Shown here: positions 36,246 through 48,777 of the stretch, piece after piece
Numbering within the stretch: the first letter of the stretch is position 1
Layout of the letters: the number at the start of each line of letters is the position of its first letter
From: Eledone cirrhosa
Taxonomy: Eukaryota
Direction: 5' to 3'
Assembly: GCA_964016885.1 (NCBI GenBank)
Contig: OZ024743.1
Span: 318,370,001-318,434,000, forward strand
Length of the DNA stretch: 64,000 bases
The notes under the pieces: model-generated
What the model saw: only the letters and a program-made list of their open reading frames with translations
The model's database searches: none
Told to the model about the DNA's origin: nothing
Position numbers and translations under genes: made by a program

Positions 36246-38260
36246 TTACAGTAATAAAAATTTAAGGAAATTCAACATATTTGGCATCCTGTCATTTCAC
36301 CTTATAATACATTTATTCCATTTTTGCACCACCAACATAATTCAACATCAAAGATGGATGAGTTGCATAACGTCGAGTGCTTTTCTTATATTACATCATG
36401 GTTAACATTGCACAATGACCAATTCTACCCAGTAGTAAATCACCAAATTTAAATGTATATATATATTTCATTTTCATTTCATTTCATTTTACGTCCGCTT
36501 TTTCCCTGCTTGCAAGGGTGGGACGGGAACTGATTCTGGCTTGATTTCTACAGCTGGATGCCCTTCCTAACACCAACCTCATTTCCAGTGAGTGCTGGGT
36601 GCTTTTTTGCCGTGGCACCTACACGTCCACTTTGCAGTGGAATGATATGGACCCCAGTCCCTATCATCTCATTTCTACAGCTGAGTAAACTGGAGCAATG
36701 TGAAATAAAGTGTCTTGCTCAAGGAAAAACACATCAGCCGGTCTGAGAATTGAACTCACAACCTTTCGATTGCAAGACCAATGCTCTAACCACTAAGCCA
36801 TATGCCTCCATATATATATAAAGCACACAGTCCACATTGTAAAGTGGTTGTGTAGGAGACACAGTAAAAAGGCTCCCAATCCACACTGTAAATGTGGTTG
36901 GTGTTAGGAAGGGCACTCAGCCATAGAAAACCTGCCAGAGACAGTTGTGTACGAGTGAGACACGGTCTCCTGACCAATCTCACCTCAAGTGGGACAAAAC
37001 CGTCCAACTCATGCTAGTGTGGAAGATGGACGTTAAACGATGATGATGATATATATACATATATATAAACATGAAGTACAAGTTATCATCATCATCATCA
37101 TCATGGATTAACGTCCATCTTCCACACTAGCATGGGTTTCACGGGTCTTATTTTGAGGCAAATTGTGTCGGGTGAGCGTGTCTCGCTCATATAGGGGTGT
37201 TTCTGGCTGGTTTTCTATGACTGGATACCCTTCCTAACGCAGGTTATAATTCACTTCGTTTATTCATTTCTTGACTTGTACTTCATATTTATATATATTA
37301 CTCCGGAATAAACAGACCCACTTGTGTACTCCGTTGAGTGCTCTCCCCTGTATACTAAAGTGTTTGTGATAAACTAACACATACAGTCAGTAGGCACCTC
37401 TTAACCAAATATACACCCCAACCCACTACCACTACTCCATCCTCCCACTCCCACCAACACCACCCTTTCATTGTTGGTACCACAGAACATCCAGTCCAAA
37501 CTAAAGAGGTCATGTAGGTGTCACAACAAAAAAGCACCCAGTCCATGCTGTAAAGTGGTCATGTAAGAGACCTGGTAAAAAGGTACCTAGTCCACACTGT
37601 AAATGTGGTTGGTGTTCGGAAGGGCATCCAGCCATAGAAAACCTGCCAGATACAGTCCTATATGAGCGAGACACAGTCACCTGATCAATCTTGCTTTAAG
37701 TGGGACAATTCCTATCTAACCCATGCTAGCGTGGAAGATAGATGTTAAACGATGATGATGATCATATATACACACTATTGACGCCTGTGTTCATTTGTTT
37801 GTCCTTTTGAACTATATATATATATAAATGTAAGTATGCACATGTACAGATATATACATGGCCTCAGCCGGATGGCTGAAACAGGTAAAAGAGTAAAAGA
37901 GTATATATATATATGGTGGCTGCCAACTCGTTTTCGAGTACGGCCACTACTTTATATCCATGTAGGAGAACCCCTACCGATGCGCTGAACAAGTGTGACT
38001 TTTTAGTCCAGCCAGCGATGTGAAAACTCTGGTACAAACACTACCATTGTGACAATTATTGACACATAGTGCTGGGCCCATGGTACCATGTGACGACAAG
38101 TGCAGAGAGATCTCCAGATATAAAGCAATGCCTGTGCCGTGAAGCTTTTATAGTGAGCAAAGACACTGCACAAAGCCAGTCCCACTCTCTTAACCAAGAT
38201 GATATTTACCAAAAAGAACAAGTCAACATCATTGGATACATACACACACATATATATACT

Positions 38261-38327
38261 GGTTCCGTGGCGTAGTGGGTACCACATTTGATTAACACGC
38301 AGATGGTCGTGAGTTCGAAACTCATCG
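38261..38327 (+). pseudogene. tRNA-Val(AAC)-like pseudogene/SINE head, 3' truncated
   Basis: GGTTCCGTGGCGTAGTGGGTACCACATTTGATTAACACGCAGATGGTCGTGAGTTCGAAACTCATCG; A and B boxes present, acceptor 3' strand missing. Confidence 0.65.
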
Positions 38328-38330
38328 TTT

Positions 38331-39270
38331 TACTGAAATATGCAGATGACATCAAGCTGTACCTGAAATCAAAAGGACAGATCCTGAAATCTATAACTCT
38401 TTCCTACAATCAGACCTGGACACAATGCAGCAATGGATCACAGACTGGCAACTGAAGCTGGCTGTGGACAAGTGTACCACCATGCATTTTGGGAGGAAAA
38501 ATCCAGCGTCCACATACTCCCTCCACAACACTGATATCAAGAAGTCCTCTTGTGAATGTGACCTGGGCATTACTGTCAGCATCGATTTGTGTTGGACAAA
38601 GCACATCTCTAAAATTGTCAAGAAGGCCGAGGAAGTCTTGGCATCACTCAGCAAGACCTTTGTTAGCCATTCTCCAGCCATCTATTTAAAGCTGTATACA
38701 GCTATGGTACGACCACACTTGGAATTCGCATCATCAGTCTGGAACCCCTATCTTGCTCAGAACATTGACCTCCTGGAAACTGTTCAGAGACGTGCAACCA
38801 AGCTCCATCAGACACCTACCATATTCTGAACGCATTGCTTCCCTGGGCATGGATTCATTGAAGCTCCGACATCTGGCAATGGACTTGGTAAACACCCACA
38901 AAGTTATTAACCATCTCGCCAACAACAACCCTGAGCACCTTTTTGATCTCCATGTGTCTAACACACGTGAACATGCCTACAAAGTCAGAAAACAGCACAG
39001 CTCCCATTTTTTCACACTTAGAGTTGCTGAAGCATGGAACAAACTGCCTGCGTCAGTTGTTAGCTGCAAAGACACTACATCCCTCATGCTTCCCGAAATT
39101 CGCCAAAACTACACCTGATGTCCTTCCATACACATGCACACATGAGTGTATCATGACTTATACACTGTTCATTTTCCTGACGTTTGTACATTACCCTATG
39201 TACTATACATACACTTTTGATGAGTTGTAGTGCACCTGAGCACTGTACACAATATTTTCATTATTATTAT
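38331..39270 (+). mobile_element. 5'-truncated CR1-like LINE
   Basis: LKYADDIKLY, DLGI, VRPHLEF..VWNPY, VQRRATK, AWNKLP; (ATT)n tail. Confidence 0.9.
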
Positions 39271-39860
39271 ATATATGTATGTATGGGTTATATCGAACTT
39301 TAATAATAATGTTTGAGCCATTTATTTACAAATGAATCGAACATTATTATTAATGTTCAATATAACCCATATGTACATATGTATATGTATATATGTGTGT
39401 GTATGTATATATATATATATATGTACGTGTGCATACTTACATTTATGTATCAGCTGTGCTAGGGCGAGAAATTTTATTTTTAATATTCGGCAAGGACAGC
39501 CGTAACTCGCTCAGTATGCAAATGAGGTTACTCTGCTGATGTGTACTTAAGAAAATACTATATATTTTCAATCGTTCAACAGACTGGTAGAGATAAACAG
39601 CCCTGATGAAGGGTAATGACCCAGAAACGTTGAACAAACAGGTGACGATTGGCCACCGGCACAGCTTCAAATCAGGCCGTTTGTTTACAAACGAATCAAA
39701 CATTATTATTAATGTTCAATATAACCCATATGTACATATGTATATATGTGTATGTCTGTATATATATATATATGTGTGTGTGTATATATATATACGTGTA
39801 CATACATTTATTTATCAGCTGTGCTAGAGCAAGAAATAAAATTCTAATTTTATTTTTATA
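39271..39860 (+). mobile_element. ~359-bp tandem unit with short inverted 5' copy and degenerate type III hammerhead (retrozyme/Penelope-like)
   Basis: ACATTATTATTAATGTTCAATATAACCCATATGTAC at 39341 and 39700; inverted copy at ~39275-39318; hammerhead-like core at 39574-39635. Confidence 0.65.
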
Positions 39861-39865
39861 TATAT

Positions 39866-41148
39866 ATGGTCTAGAATCAAAAGGCTTTAAAGTTAACTTG
39901 TCTAAGACTAAAGTTCTAGTATGTAGAAAGGAAAATAGGGCACATGTGCCCTCTAGGAAATGGCCATGCACAGTGTGTAGGAAAGGAGTAGGTAGAAATT
40001 CCATTTTATGTCCCAAATGCAAACTACGGGTACATAAAAGATGTAGTGGGATCACAGCTAAGCTATCTAAGAACGTAGATTTTATATGTGGCTGATGCTC
40101 AGGTGCAATAAGTAGCAAGTGCCCACAGGATACTAGCTCCTTCTACTGTCCAGATGGTTCCATAGAAATAGTAGACACTTTCTGTTACCTGCGTGACAAA
40201 ATCAGTTGTGGTGGAGGGTGCTCTGAAAGTACAGTAGCCAGAGTTAGAATTGGATGGAAAAAGTTCAGAGAGCTTATACCGCTGTTGGCCACAAAAGGTT
40301 TCTCTCTAAAAATGAAAGGCAGATTGTATGATGCCTATATACGAACAGCAATGTTACATGGCAGTGAGACATGGGTATTGTGTGCAGAGGACCTGCGCAG
40401 ACTGGAAAGGAACGAAGCATGCATGCTCCGTTGGATGTGTAATAGTAATATACGTGAACGGCAAAACAAATGAACTAAGTGAGAAATTAGGAATAAGAGG
40501 GATCAGATGCTGTTTACTTGAGAGAAGACTACGTTCATATGGTCATGAATAAAAAAGTGCAGGGCAATCAAAATTGATGGAAGTTACGGAGTAGGTAGAC
40601 CCAGAAAAACCTGGGATGATTTGATAAATTCCGACCTTACACACTTGCACCTCTCTAAGACAATGTCACTGGACCAAGATCTTTGGCGCTATGCAGTAAT
40701 ACAGAAAACTCGCCTTGCCTATGTACAAAGCGAGACCTACAGTCAGTAGGCACCTCTTAACCAAATATACACCTCATCCCACTACCACCACTCCCACCAA
40801 CACCACCCTTTCTCTGTAAAGTTATGTTGGTACCACAATAGCCAAACCAAACTAATGAGATAATGAGATCGAGATTGAGATCGTGTAGGTGTCACAACAA
40901 AAAAACACACAGTCTACGCTGTAATGTGGCCGTGTAGGTAACACGGTAAAAAGTTCCCAGTCCACACTGTAAATATGGTTTGTGTTGGGAAGGGCATCCA
41001 GCCATAGAAAACCTGCCAGATAGTCCTATACGAGTGAGACACGGTCACTCGACCAATCTTGCCTCAAGTAGGATAACAACTGTCTAACCCATGCTAGCGT
41101 GGAAGATAGACGTTAAACGATAATAATGATGATGGTGATGATGATGAT
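39866..41148 (+). mobile_element. 5'-truncated copy of the young RTE family
   Basis: High similarity to the reverse complement of 1184-2420; (GAT)n tail. Confidence 0.92.
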
Positions 41149-41361
41149 ATATATAATTCCTTCTGTTAATGAGCTTTATATTTGCAGTTAACTATATATT
41201 TTTGATTTTGTTTTCTTTTCTTTGTTTCTCTTCATTCACATCTTTAATTACCATTGTTTAATTAAAATATCTACAATATAACATCAGATCAACTGATTTT
41301 CATTTCTTCCATATAGATGTCTAATAGGAGTTTCTCTATTTTATCTTTGATAGGTTGAACC

Positions 41362-41461
41362 ATGTCTGATGTAACTGGTAATACAACTTCAAATATTGAA
41401 AGTTTAGAAACATTGTCAACTGTTGATTCTGAAGAGACTGTGTTGACGTCATCAAAAGAAG
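41362..41461 (+). CDS. Putative first coding exon (108-nt exon 41354-41461) of an unknown repeat-exon gene: MSDVTGNTTSNIESLETLSTVDSEETVLTSSKE
   Basis: CTAAT branch-like site + TTTCTCTATTTTATCTTTGATAG acceptor; AG|GTAGAG donor; in-frame TGA immediately before ACCATG. Confidence 0.6.
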
Positions 41462-41819
41462 GTAGAGTTTCTGTAAAGTGGTCATGTTGATGACACAACA
41501 AAAAGCACCCAGTTCACCCCGTAAAGTGGTCATTTTGGTGATACAACAAAAAGCCCCCAGTATACCCTGTAAAGTGGTCATGCTGGTGGTACAACAAAAA
41601 TCACCCTGTCCTACCTGTCTGTTGTTTTTGTGCCATGATAAAAAGCACCCAGTCCATGCTGTAAATGCGATTAGTGTTAGGAAAGGCATCCAGCCATAGA
41701 AACCAAACCAGAAACAGCTTTATATGAGTAAGACACATCACCTGATCTGACTTGTCTCACAACGGGACAACCCATCTAACCCATGCTAGCGTGGAAAATG
41801 GACGTTAAATGGTGATGAT

Positions 41820-43200
41820 ACTGAGATGCTAAAAGCATCTAAGTTAGTAGGTCACACCTTAACTACCTGTATCATAAATCAAGTAATAGAAAATAGTGCT
41901 ATCAAATTGATAGACCAGGTCATGAAAGTTACAGTCCTCCATTCTGTAATCTGGTGGGCACTTAGGAAACTAGGAGTAAACAAGTGGCATATGAAGGCTA
42001 TACAAGCCATGTTGAGGTGCAGTCAGCAAGGTTAAAATTAATAATGACTAGAGTAAGGATTTTAGCATGCAAGTGGGAGTTCACCAGGGCTCCATTCTTA
42101 GCCCGCTACTGTTTATTATTGTCCTCCAGGCTATAACAAGAGTTTAAAACAAGATGCCCTTGGGAATTCCTCTATGTTGATGATCTAACTCTCATAGCTG
42201 AATCTATGGTAGAAATAGAGAAAATATTCCTGACCTGGAAGCATAACTTGAAATCAAAAGGTCTTAAAGTCAATTTGGCAAAGACTAAAGTCCTAGTAAG
42301 TAGAAAGGAAAACAAGGACCTGATCCCTTAGGGAAGGGGCCATGCTCAGTGTGTAGGAAATGGGTGGGTAGAAATTCCATGCTTTGTTCCAAATGCAAAG
42401 TATGGGTACACAAGAGCTGTAGTGGGATCTCAAGCAGGTTAGCAAAAGGTGTAGGTTTTACATGTGGTCGATGAACAGGAACAGTAAGCAACAATTGCTG
42501 ACAGGAAACAAGCTCTATCAAATTCTTTGAGGATTCTGTAGAAACAGTTGACAGCTTTTGTTACCTGGGTGACCAAATTAGCAATGGAGGTGGGTGTTCC
42601 AAAAGTACAGTAGTCAGAATGAGAATGGGATTGAGAAAGTTCAGGGAGCTACTACTGCTACTAAGTACAAATGATTTTCCCTCAAAATGAAGGCAGATTG
42701 TATGATGCATGCAAACAAACAGCAGTGCTGCTTGGTAGGGAAATCTGGGCACTATGTGCAAAGAATGTATGAAGAATTGAAGCTTGCATGCTCTGAGGAA
42801 TGTGTAGTAGAAATGAACAGCAAAGCATAAATGAACTGAGAGAGAAACATAAGAGGGATCAGATGCAGTGTGCAGGAGAAGAGATTGTTGAGGTAGGAAC
42901 ATCTGATGCATATGAAGGATGACACTGTAAAAAAAGGTGCAGGGTGCTTGAAGTTGGAGTTAACTATGGAAGAGGAAGACATAGGATGAAATGATAAAAG
43001 CTGACTTTGCACAATTAAACTTCTCAAATTGGATTGAGATCTCTGGCATTATGCAGTACTGCAGAAGACCCACCTTCCCATGTGCATGGGATGAAGCAAA
43101 CATCTAGAGGACACTAGTATACACCACTTCTCCCCCACTTCCATGCACTTCCACATATTAACACTCCACTCTTCACCAACAAAGTGCCCCGCCTTAGATC
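41820..43200 (+). mobile_element. Old degenerate RTE fragment (intronic)
   Basis: VIWWALRKLGV, PWEFLYVDD, WVHKSCSG remnants. Confidence 0.85.
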
Positions 43201-44299
43201 ATCATCATCATCATCATTTTACGTCCACTTTTCCCTGCTTGCAAGGGTGGGACGGGAACTGATTCTGGCTTGATTTCTACAGCTGGATGCCCTTCCTAAC
43301 ACCAACCTCATTTACAGTGAGTGCTGGGTGCTTTTTTGCTGTGGCGCCTACACGTCCACTTTACAGTGGAATGATAGGGACCTCAGTCCCTATCATCTCA
43401 TTTCTACAGCTGAGTAAACTGGAGCAATGTGAAATAAAGTGTCTTGCTCAAGGAAACAACACATCACCCGGTCTGAGAATTGAACTCACAACCTTTCGAT
43501 TGCAAGCCCAATGCTCTAACCACTAAGCCATGTGCCTCCATTAGATCTACATCTCAAATCCCCATCCTGCATACATGTGCTGCATCCTCTCCCCACTTTC
43601 CATATCTGCAACACCTCTCTTGTCCAACCAATACATACAACAATGAAAAGCTGGACATGCTCCCCAACAATGTTGCTGAAATGGCTAAAAGCTTCCAGTC
43701 CACTTTCTAAGGTGACACAACAAAAGCCCCAAGTCCACCATATAAGGAACACATGCTAGTGACATGACAAAAGAGTACCCAGTCCACCCTGTAAGGTGAT
43801 CCTGTTGGTGTCATGGCAAAAAGCACCCAGTCCACCCTGTAAAATGGTTGTACTGGTGACACAATGAAAAAGTACCCAGTCCAACCTGTCAATTTGTTTT
43901 TGGTCACCCAGTCTACACTGTAAAATGGTCGTGTTGCTGTTAGGAAGGCCATCAAGCCATAGAAACTAAACCAGAAACAATTCTGTATGAGCAAGACACT
44001 GTCATGTGATCTGGCTTGTCTCACAACAGAACAACTCAACTGGACGGTAAATATATGCTATGAGTTTCTGCAGTTTCCGTCTACCAAATTCTACTCACAA
44101 ATCATTGATCAGCCTGAGGCTATAGTAACAGATGCTTGCTCAAGGTGCCAACCAGTAGGACTGAACTCAGAACCAACTTTGTTTTCTGTTTTTATTTCTC
44201 TTCATTCACATCTTTATTTACTATTGTAAATCAGTTGATTTACTTTCATTTCTTCCATATAGATGTCTAATAAGAGTTTCTCTATTTTATCTTTGATAG

Positions 44300-44407
44300 G
44301 TGGAACCATGTCTATTGTAACTGACAGTACAACTTTCAGTAGTGACAGTTTAGAAACATTATCAGCTGTTGATTCTAAAGACATTGTGTTGACATCATCA
44401 ACAAAAG
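44300..44407 (+). CDS. 108-nt phase-1 exon, repeat 2: GGTMSIVTDSTTFSSDSLETLSAVDSKDIVLTSSTK
   Basis: TTTGATAG| ... AAAAG|GTAGTT; open frame; exactly 36 codons. Confidence 0.7.
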
Positions 44408-44439
44408 GTAGTTTCTCTTAGAAGTAAAATATTACCTCC

Positions 44440-44621
44440 CTTTTTAAATTCTGTGAGCAGTTAGAACATGTGAACTTTCTGTCCAAATTTCCTCTTATAT
44501 ATATATTCTTTATGAAGGTGGGGTGGTGATAGTGAATGTGGAGTTTAACTGTTCAAGATTCAATTGATTCATAGAATATTGTCTTTGTTTAAATAGAAAA
44601 TTGCCTTTCTATTCATAATAA

Positions 44622-44657
<36 letters not shown>

Positions 44658-44869
44658 GTATTTTGATGTTCTGTTGTGTGTGTTTAGGTGGAGTTCCAAT
44701 GTGTCAAGAGTTCAAGAATATATTTAGGTTTTGCAGATAAAAGCAAGAATAAAAGAAGGGAAGTAAATAAAAATATAGACATAAACATGATTGAAAGGGA
44801 TCCTTTGGGGAGAGCATTCTACATTTGTCAAAGAATAGGTTTCTGGAGGATTTGAAAAAAAGGGAAGGA

Positions 44870-44909
<40 letters not shown>

Positions 44910-45140
44910 AAAAGGTTTTTTAATGGAGATTTCTTTAGAGTTATGATTTTTCCTATTATCCTAAAGTGTGTGTGGGGGGGTTGCAAATGTATAGGTTTGT
45001 TTACAGATGTGTGTAAATTGATTATTCCCATCTATAGATCATTATATCATTTAATGGGGGGAAGAATTACATATTTAATTGTGGTTTGTATTTTTTCATT
45101 AATTGTTTTTTCTTTATTTATTCTCTGTGTAGGTTGCCAA
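44440..45140 (-). mobile_element. Penelope-like 3'/pLTR remnant, duplicated at ~48260-48777 and ~53008-53790
   Basis: Near-identical to sequence contiguous with the GIY-YIG fragment at 53904-54140; contains (GAT)n and (AAAG)n. Confidence 0.6.
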
Positions 45141-45159
45141 TATTAAGTGTGGCAACCCT

Positions 45160-47822
45160 GAGTTGTGCCGTCTTTCGTTGATTTTTCATACTAGCAGGGG
45201 ACTTCAATGGTCATGTTGGACAGCTCCAGGATGGATCCTCTGGGGTATATGGTGGTTATGGTTATGGCTCAAGAAACGAAGGAGGAGTGAGGCTTCTTGA
45301 ATTTTGTGATGCAAGTGAACTATCCATTTGCAACACTAACTTCAGGAAACCTGCCAACCACCTAATAACCTACCAATCAGGCGAGTACATAAGCCAGATT
45401 AACTTCTTGCTAGTTAGTCAACAAGACCGATAGATGGTTTCGAAATCTAAGGCATACCCCGAGGAAGAATGTAACCCCCCCGTATAGGTTAGTCATTAGT
45501 GACATCTCAATAAGCAATAGACAAAATGAGACATACAGGAAGGTGTGGAAAAGGAAGGTCTGGAAGCTAAAGGACCTTTCACTTAAATATAAATTTAGGA
45601 AAGCCCTTCAAGATGTGTATGATGAGAAAGAAGACGAATTAGAATTGTATGACATAGAAGATAGCTGGCAGTCCTTACGCGACAACCTATTGCACACAAC
45701 TGAAGAGACTTGTGGCTGGAGCAAAGCTCCAACCAACCACAGGGTAACTTGGTGGTGGAACAGCACGGTAGATAGAGCCATTAAAAACAAAAGACAAGTA
45801 TGGAAGGATTGGAAAAATGGGGGTGAGTAGAGACCGATACTCAGCCGCTAAAAGAGAGGCTAAACGTCTGGTATACTTAGCATGCAGAGAAGCTGAGAGT
45901 AGGAGATTTGCCAATGTTCTGCGACGAGAGGATCAGAGACGTGTGGTGTTCTACATTGCAAGGCAGTGTGTCAGTGTAAATCAGGATTTGTTGGAGATAA
46001 GTGTGTCTGAAATGATGCTGGTGCACTTAGTGTCAATGATGCTCAGAAAAAGGAGGCCTGGAAATGTCATTATGAGAGACTGATGAATGTTGAGAATGAA
46101 TGGGAGAGAGAGAAACTACCCACAACAGACCCAACAGAAGGATCAGCTATTGAGGTTGATGACTATAGGGTCAAAGAGGCAATTAAGGAAATGAAGAATG
46201 GTAAGGCTGCTGGACCGTCGGAGATAGTTGCTGAGATGCTGAAGGCATCAGGAGAAGTAGGAACTAAACTGGTTGCACACACAGTCAATCAAGTTAGATA
46301 TGGCAGAGACATACCCAAAGACTGATGCAATAGTATTCTTGTAAATTGCTACAAACGTAAAGGGAATTCTCTGGAGAGGAGCAATTATAGGGGCTTAAAA
46401 CTGATGGATCAGGTTGTGACAGAAAGAGTGCTAGCACAACTAATTAGAGAAAGAGTCAAATTAGATGAGATGAAGTTTGGTTTTGTGCTTGGGAAAAGTA
46501 CAACAGTTGCCCTCTTCTTAGTGAGACAACTACAAGAGAGATTCTTAGAGAAGAATAAGGCACTATATTTAGCTTTTGTTGACCTAGAGAAGGCCTTTGA
46601 TACCGTACACCAATCTGTCATCTGGTGGTCCCTAAGGAAACTAGGTGTAGAGGAATGGCTTGTGGGGACAGTGCAAGCTATGTACAGAGGAGCTGTCAGT
46701 AAAGTGAGAGTAGGAATGGAGTTTAGTGAGGAATTCCAGATACAAGTAGGACTTCATCAGGGTTCGGTCCTCAGCCTACTCTTATTCATTATAGTTCTCC
46801 AACCCATAACAGAACAGTTTAAGACTGGCTACCCATGGGAACTTCTCTATGTTGACGATCTGGTACTTATAGCAGAATCAATAGAGGAGCTAGAGAATAA
46901 ATTCCAGCTATGGAAACAGCAGTTGGAATCAAGGGAACTGAGAGTGAACCTAGCAAAGACAAAAATGTTGATAAGTGGGAAAGAAGACAAGACTCTGATT
47001 CCATCATGCTCAATATATAGAAAAGGAGTTGGCATAAACTCTATAGAATGTACACAATGCAGATCTTGGATACACAAGAAGTGTAGTGGAATAGCAGGCA
47101 AACTAACAGGAAGGGAAAATTCATATGTAGTAGATGTTCAGGGAAATTGATAGTAGAAGTGTCAGTGATAGGCACATTTTTCAAATGCAGGTAGGATCTA
47201 TAGAGGTGGTTGATAGCTTCCGATATCCAGGTGATCAGATTAGCAAGGGAGGAGGATGTTCTGAGGCCATAGTATCTAGAATAAGGACAGAATGGAAGAA
47301 GTTTAGGGAGCTGTTTCCTCTGTTGACAATGAAGAGTTTCTCCCTACGAATGAAAGGTCGATTGTATGATGCCTGTGTGAGATGCACGATGCTGCATGGT
47401 AGTGAGACATGGGCAGCAACTGCAGAAGATATGCGAAGGCTGGAGAGAAAGGAAGCAAGTATGCTCTGATGGATGTGCAATGTCAATGTGCATGAACAAC
47501 CAAGCATGGACGAGTTGAGAATGAAACTGTGTATAACAGGGCTAAACTGTAGTGTGTGGGAGAGAAGATTATGTTGGTATGGTTATGTGATGTGTATGGT
47601 AAATGACCGCTGGGGGAAGAAGTGCCAAGAAATCTCGGTGGAAGGAAGACGCAGAGGAACACCATGAAAAACATGGGCGGAGGTGGTGAGAGCTGACCTC
47701 AGATCGCTGAAGCTCACAGAGGAGATGATGAGGGACCATGACGAATGGAGAGATGCTGTGCTGAAGAGGACCCATTCCCACCCTTGCAAGCAGGGAAAAG
47801 CAGATGTAAAATGATGATGATG
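45160..47822 (+). mobile_element. Older RTE subfamily copy (endonuclease to tail), multiple stops
   Basis: GDFNGHVG, VTWWWN, FVDLEKAFD, YVDD, partly deleted PHD insert, (GAT)n tail. Confidence 0.92.
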
Positions 47823-48119
47823 AGCTTCTGCTGTTTCAGTCACCGAATTCTACTCACAAATTATTGGTCATCCTGAGGCTAAAGTAGCAGACACTTGCTC
47901 AAGGTACCACCCAGTGGAACTGAACTCAGAACCAACAGGTTATTAAGCAAACCCATAAACCACTCAGCTATGCCTTTTGTTTTTTTGTTTTCTTCATTCA
48001 CATCTTTATTTACCATTGTTTAATTAAAATATCTACAACATAACATCAGATCAGTTGATTTACTTTCACTTCTTCCATATCGATGTCTAATAAGAATTTC
48101 TCTATTTTATCTTTGATAG

Positions 48120-48227
48120 GTGGATCCATGCCTGATGAAACTGATAATAAACCTTCACATATTAAAAGATTAAAAAGATTAGCAACAGTTGATTCTAAAG
48201 AGGCTGTGTTGTCCCCATTAACAAAAG
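48120..48227 (+). CDS. 108-nt phase-1 exon, repeat 3: GGSMPDETDNKPSHIKRLKRLATVDSKEAVLSPLTK
   Basis: TTTGATAG| ... AAAAG|GTAGTT; open frame. Confidence 0.7.
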
Positions 48228-48777
48228 GTAGTTTCTCTTAGAAGTAAAATATTACCTCCCTTTTTAAATTCTGTGAGCAGTTAGAACATGTGAACTTTCT
48301 GTCCAAATTTCCTCTTATATATATATTCTTTATGAAGGTGGGGTGGTGATAGTGAATGTGGAGTTTAACTGTTCAAGATTCAATTGATTCACTAGAATAT
48401 TGTCTTTGTTTAAATAGAAAATTGCCTTTCTATTCATAATAATGGATGATGATGATGATGATGATGATGATGGTATTTTGATGTTCTGTTGTGTGTGTTT
48501 AGGTGGAGTTCCAATGTGTCAAGAGTTCAAGAATATATTTAGGTTTTGCAGATAAAAGCAAGAATATAAGAAGGGAAGTAAATAAAAATATAGACGTAAA
48601 CATGACTGAAAGGGATCCTTTGGGGAGAGCATTCTACATTTGTCAAAGAATAGGTTTCTGGAGGATTTGAAAAAAAAGGAAGGAAAGAAAAAGGTTTTTT
48701 AATGGAGATTTCTTTAGAGTTATGATTTTTCCTATTATCCTAAGGTGTGTGTGTGTGTGTGGGGGGGGGGGTTGCAA

